DNA from: an uncultured Gammaproteobacteria bacterium
Lineage (GTDB): Bacteria > Patescibacteriota > Patescibacteriia > Magasanikbacterales > UBA922
Direction: 5' to 3'
DNA: 61,565 nucleotides
Assembly: GCA_964550845.1 (NCBI GenBank)
Contig: CAZKAD010000001.1
Location: forward strand, 197,750 to 259,314
Shown piece by piece: positions 60,275 through 61,565 of this stretch (position 1 is the first letter of the stretch; each line of letters begins with the position of its first letter). Under the pieces are notes generated by a model. The model saw only the letters and a program-made list of their open reading frames with translations. It had not been told where the DNA came from and did not search any database. The translations under genes and the position numbers were made by a program.

Positions 60275-61565
60275 ATGGCTGTCTTCTTCGCAAAAAGTCG
60301 GGACCCATTTTCAAACTTTTATCCGGTCTCATTTACTGTCGATGATTTGAAATACTCGAGTTCGGAACAGTATTTTATGGCCTCGAAAGCGAGATTCTTT
60401 AAAGATGTTGAAGCGGAGGACCAGATTATGGAAGCGGAATCTCCGAAAGAACAAAGAGAACTTGGACGTTCAGTCAAAAAGTTTGATCCAAGAGAATGGG
60501 ATCGAGTTAAATTTAAAATCATGAAACAAGCCCTGTTGATTAAATTTCAACTTCCAAAGATGAAAAAGTTCCTTGTTGAGAGTCAACGAAAAGTTTTAAT
60601 TGAAGCTGCACCTTGGGACGCGATTTGGGGAATTGGAATGGATGCTGATAAAGCTGTGAATACACCCTTTCGTGAATGGGGAAAGAATGGACTTGGATTC
60701 TTATTGATGGAAGTTCGAGATTTTCTCCAAGGTAATTGGATTCAAGAAGACTTTGGTGTCTCAATGATTGGAAATTTCTATATCGGTGCACATCCAACTG
60801 AAGACCAAGCAAAGTTTCTTTTGGGAAAAGGAGTGAATCTATTTGTCTCCCTTGAGGAAAATCCAAGATATTTATCAGTTGTTGGTCAAGCATCGTCAAA
60901 AGTTTTTGCTCTTCCTACAGGAGGTATTCGAAATGATCAAGAGACACTTGAATTTCTCGGTTGGTTACGAGATCAATATTTTCTCGGAAAAATCATTTAT
61001 CTCCATAGTCGAAGAGGAATTGGAAGAACCGGATTGATTGCCAGTTTATTTCTGAACTTGTTTCTCGGATATCAACCAAGTGATGCGTTGGATAAAGTTC
61101 GAAAATCTATTCATAGTCGAACTAATTTTAACCAGTCCTTCGGGACGTTTAAGCTTAAATTTATGCCTATTCCAGAAACTGCTTCACAAATAACTCAATT
61201 CACTCGTCTTGCCGACGGTGATAAAACCGATATTGATATGTCTGCTTATACTCTTGAAGCAGAGAAAGCATGGATGACAAAACTTTCTGAAATTGAGCAA
61301 GACGACTTGATGACACGGGAAGATGTCGAATTGTATCAACAAATTGTATCTCCTTCCTCTTCTTCAAAGGAAGTGAAAAAGGAAGATGAAATTAAACGTC
61401 TTGAAAAGTCTCTTAATCTTCCTGTTGGTGCAATTGAAGATGAGCAAGAAAATGACCCTCTTGCGGGTGCACTCGCAGAACTTGAACTTCGAAAGAGTGA
61501 AGAGAAGGAAGAACTTCGAAAGAGTGAAGAGAAGGAAGAACTTCGAAAGAGTGAAGAGAAGGAAG
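60275..61565 (+). CDS. NADAR (DUF1768/YbiA-like) domain fused to a dual-specificity-phosphatase-like domain; 3' end outside the window
   Basis: Not in the ORF track because there is no stop before the window end. I translated it from ATG 60275: MAVFFAKSRDPFSNFYPVSFTVDDLKYSSSEQYFMASKARFF...APWDAIWGIGMD (NADAR), then ...IIYLHSRRGIGRTGLIASLF, a P-loop with Ser where the catalytic Cys is expected. AAAATTGA at 60234..60241. Confidence 0.85.
   Translation, partial: MAVFFAKSRDPFSNFYPVSFTVDDLKYSSSEQYFMASKARFFKDVEAEDQIMEAESPKEQRELGRSVKKFDPREWDRVKFKIMKQALLIKFQLPKMKKFLVESQRKVLIEAAPWDAIWGIGMDADKAVNTPFREWGKNGLGFLLMEVRDFLQGNWIQEDFGVSMIGNFYIGAHPTEDQAKFLLGKGVNLFVSLEENPRYLSVVGQASSKVFALPTGGIRNDQETLEFLGWLRDQYFLGKIIYLHSRRGIGRTGLIASLFLNLFLGYQPSDALDKVRKSIHSRTNFNQSFGTFKLKFMPIPETASQITQFTRLADGDKTDIDMSAYTLEAEKAWMTKLSEIEQDDLMTREDVELYQQIVSPSSSSKEVKKEDEIKRLEKSLNLPVGAIEDEQENDPLAGALAELELRKSEEKEELRKSEEKEELRKSEEKE
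61128..61153 (-). repeat. GTTAAAC-hairpin element inside a CDS (reverse to the gene)
   Basis: ttaaccagtccttcgggacgtttaag, read as NQSFGTFK in the NADAR-phosphatase-like gene. Confidence 0.85.
61484..61565. repeat. 27-bp coding tandem repeat, 3 or more units, running off the window
   Basis: gaacttcgaaagagtgaagagaaggaa, encoding ELRKSEEKE. Confidence 0.9.

Noticed and set aside
1-61565. Autonomous mobile elements (transposase, integrase, homing endonuclease, intein) that could mobilise the hairpin repeats
   Set aside because: No DDE, serine- or tyrosine-recombinase, or HNH/LAGLIDADG motif set was recognisable in any ORF. The GIY-YIG-like T5orf172 protein (2894..4285) is the only nuclease-like candidate, and I have no evidence linking it to the repeats.

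Overview
AT-rich, very gene-dense window with coding on both strands and no rRNA or tRNA that I could recognise. I call about 67 protein genes. The recognisable ones are a type IIA DNA topoisomerase, a TK1-type thymidine kinase, a Rad50/SbcC-like ATPase with a CxxC hook, a patatin-like lipase, an RBR E3 ligase and a membrane RING protein. There are also a Skp1 homolog, two Ser/Thr kinases (one CDK-like with a cyclin-like N-terminus), a TARG1/OARD1-like macro domain, a NADAR domain fused to a phosphatase-like domain, a GNAT, a FAS1-like protein and five collagen-like (GPT-repeat) proteins. Several large paralog families have no recognisable function. This content points to a giant dsDNA virus (Nucleocytoviricota) with Mimiviridae-like regulatory grammar: the octamer AAAATTGA recurs 30-110 nt upstream of start codons, and palindromic hairpins follow stop codons. 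I cannot assign the virus from sequence alone. The main hunting results are listed here. (1) A ~22-23 bp GGTTAAAC-stem-loop unit is scattered at 24 or more loci. It occurs as intergenic tandem arrays, as inserts between promoter and ATG, and as in-frame inserts inside at least six genes, with compensatory stem variation. (2) A nine-member family shares a C-terminal LYDPRLL(I/C)LI motif reminiscent of truncated C-terminal F-box (PRANC-like) modules. It sits next to RBR and RING E3 genes and in the same window as a viral Skp1, which suggests a virus-encoded SCF-like substrate-adaptor system. (3) One gene looks like a covalent cyclin-like/CDK-like fusion. (4) A NADAR domain is fused to a Cys-to-Ser phosphatase-like domain, and a macro domain lies elsewhere in the window. 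(5) Four adjacent genes encode extreme low-complexity proteins (Q/P, RD, KS/RS). (6) Smaller items are a GC-rich unannotated island, a codon-usage outlier gene, palindromic bidirectional promoters, and two decaying paralogs (one nonsense, one frameshift). All functional calls rest on motif recognition by eye; no database search was possible.
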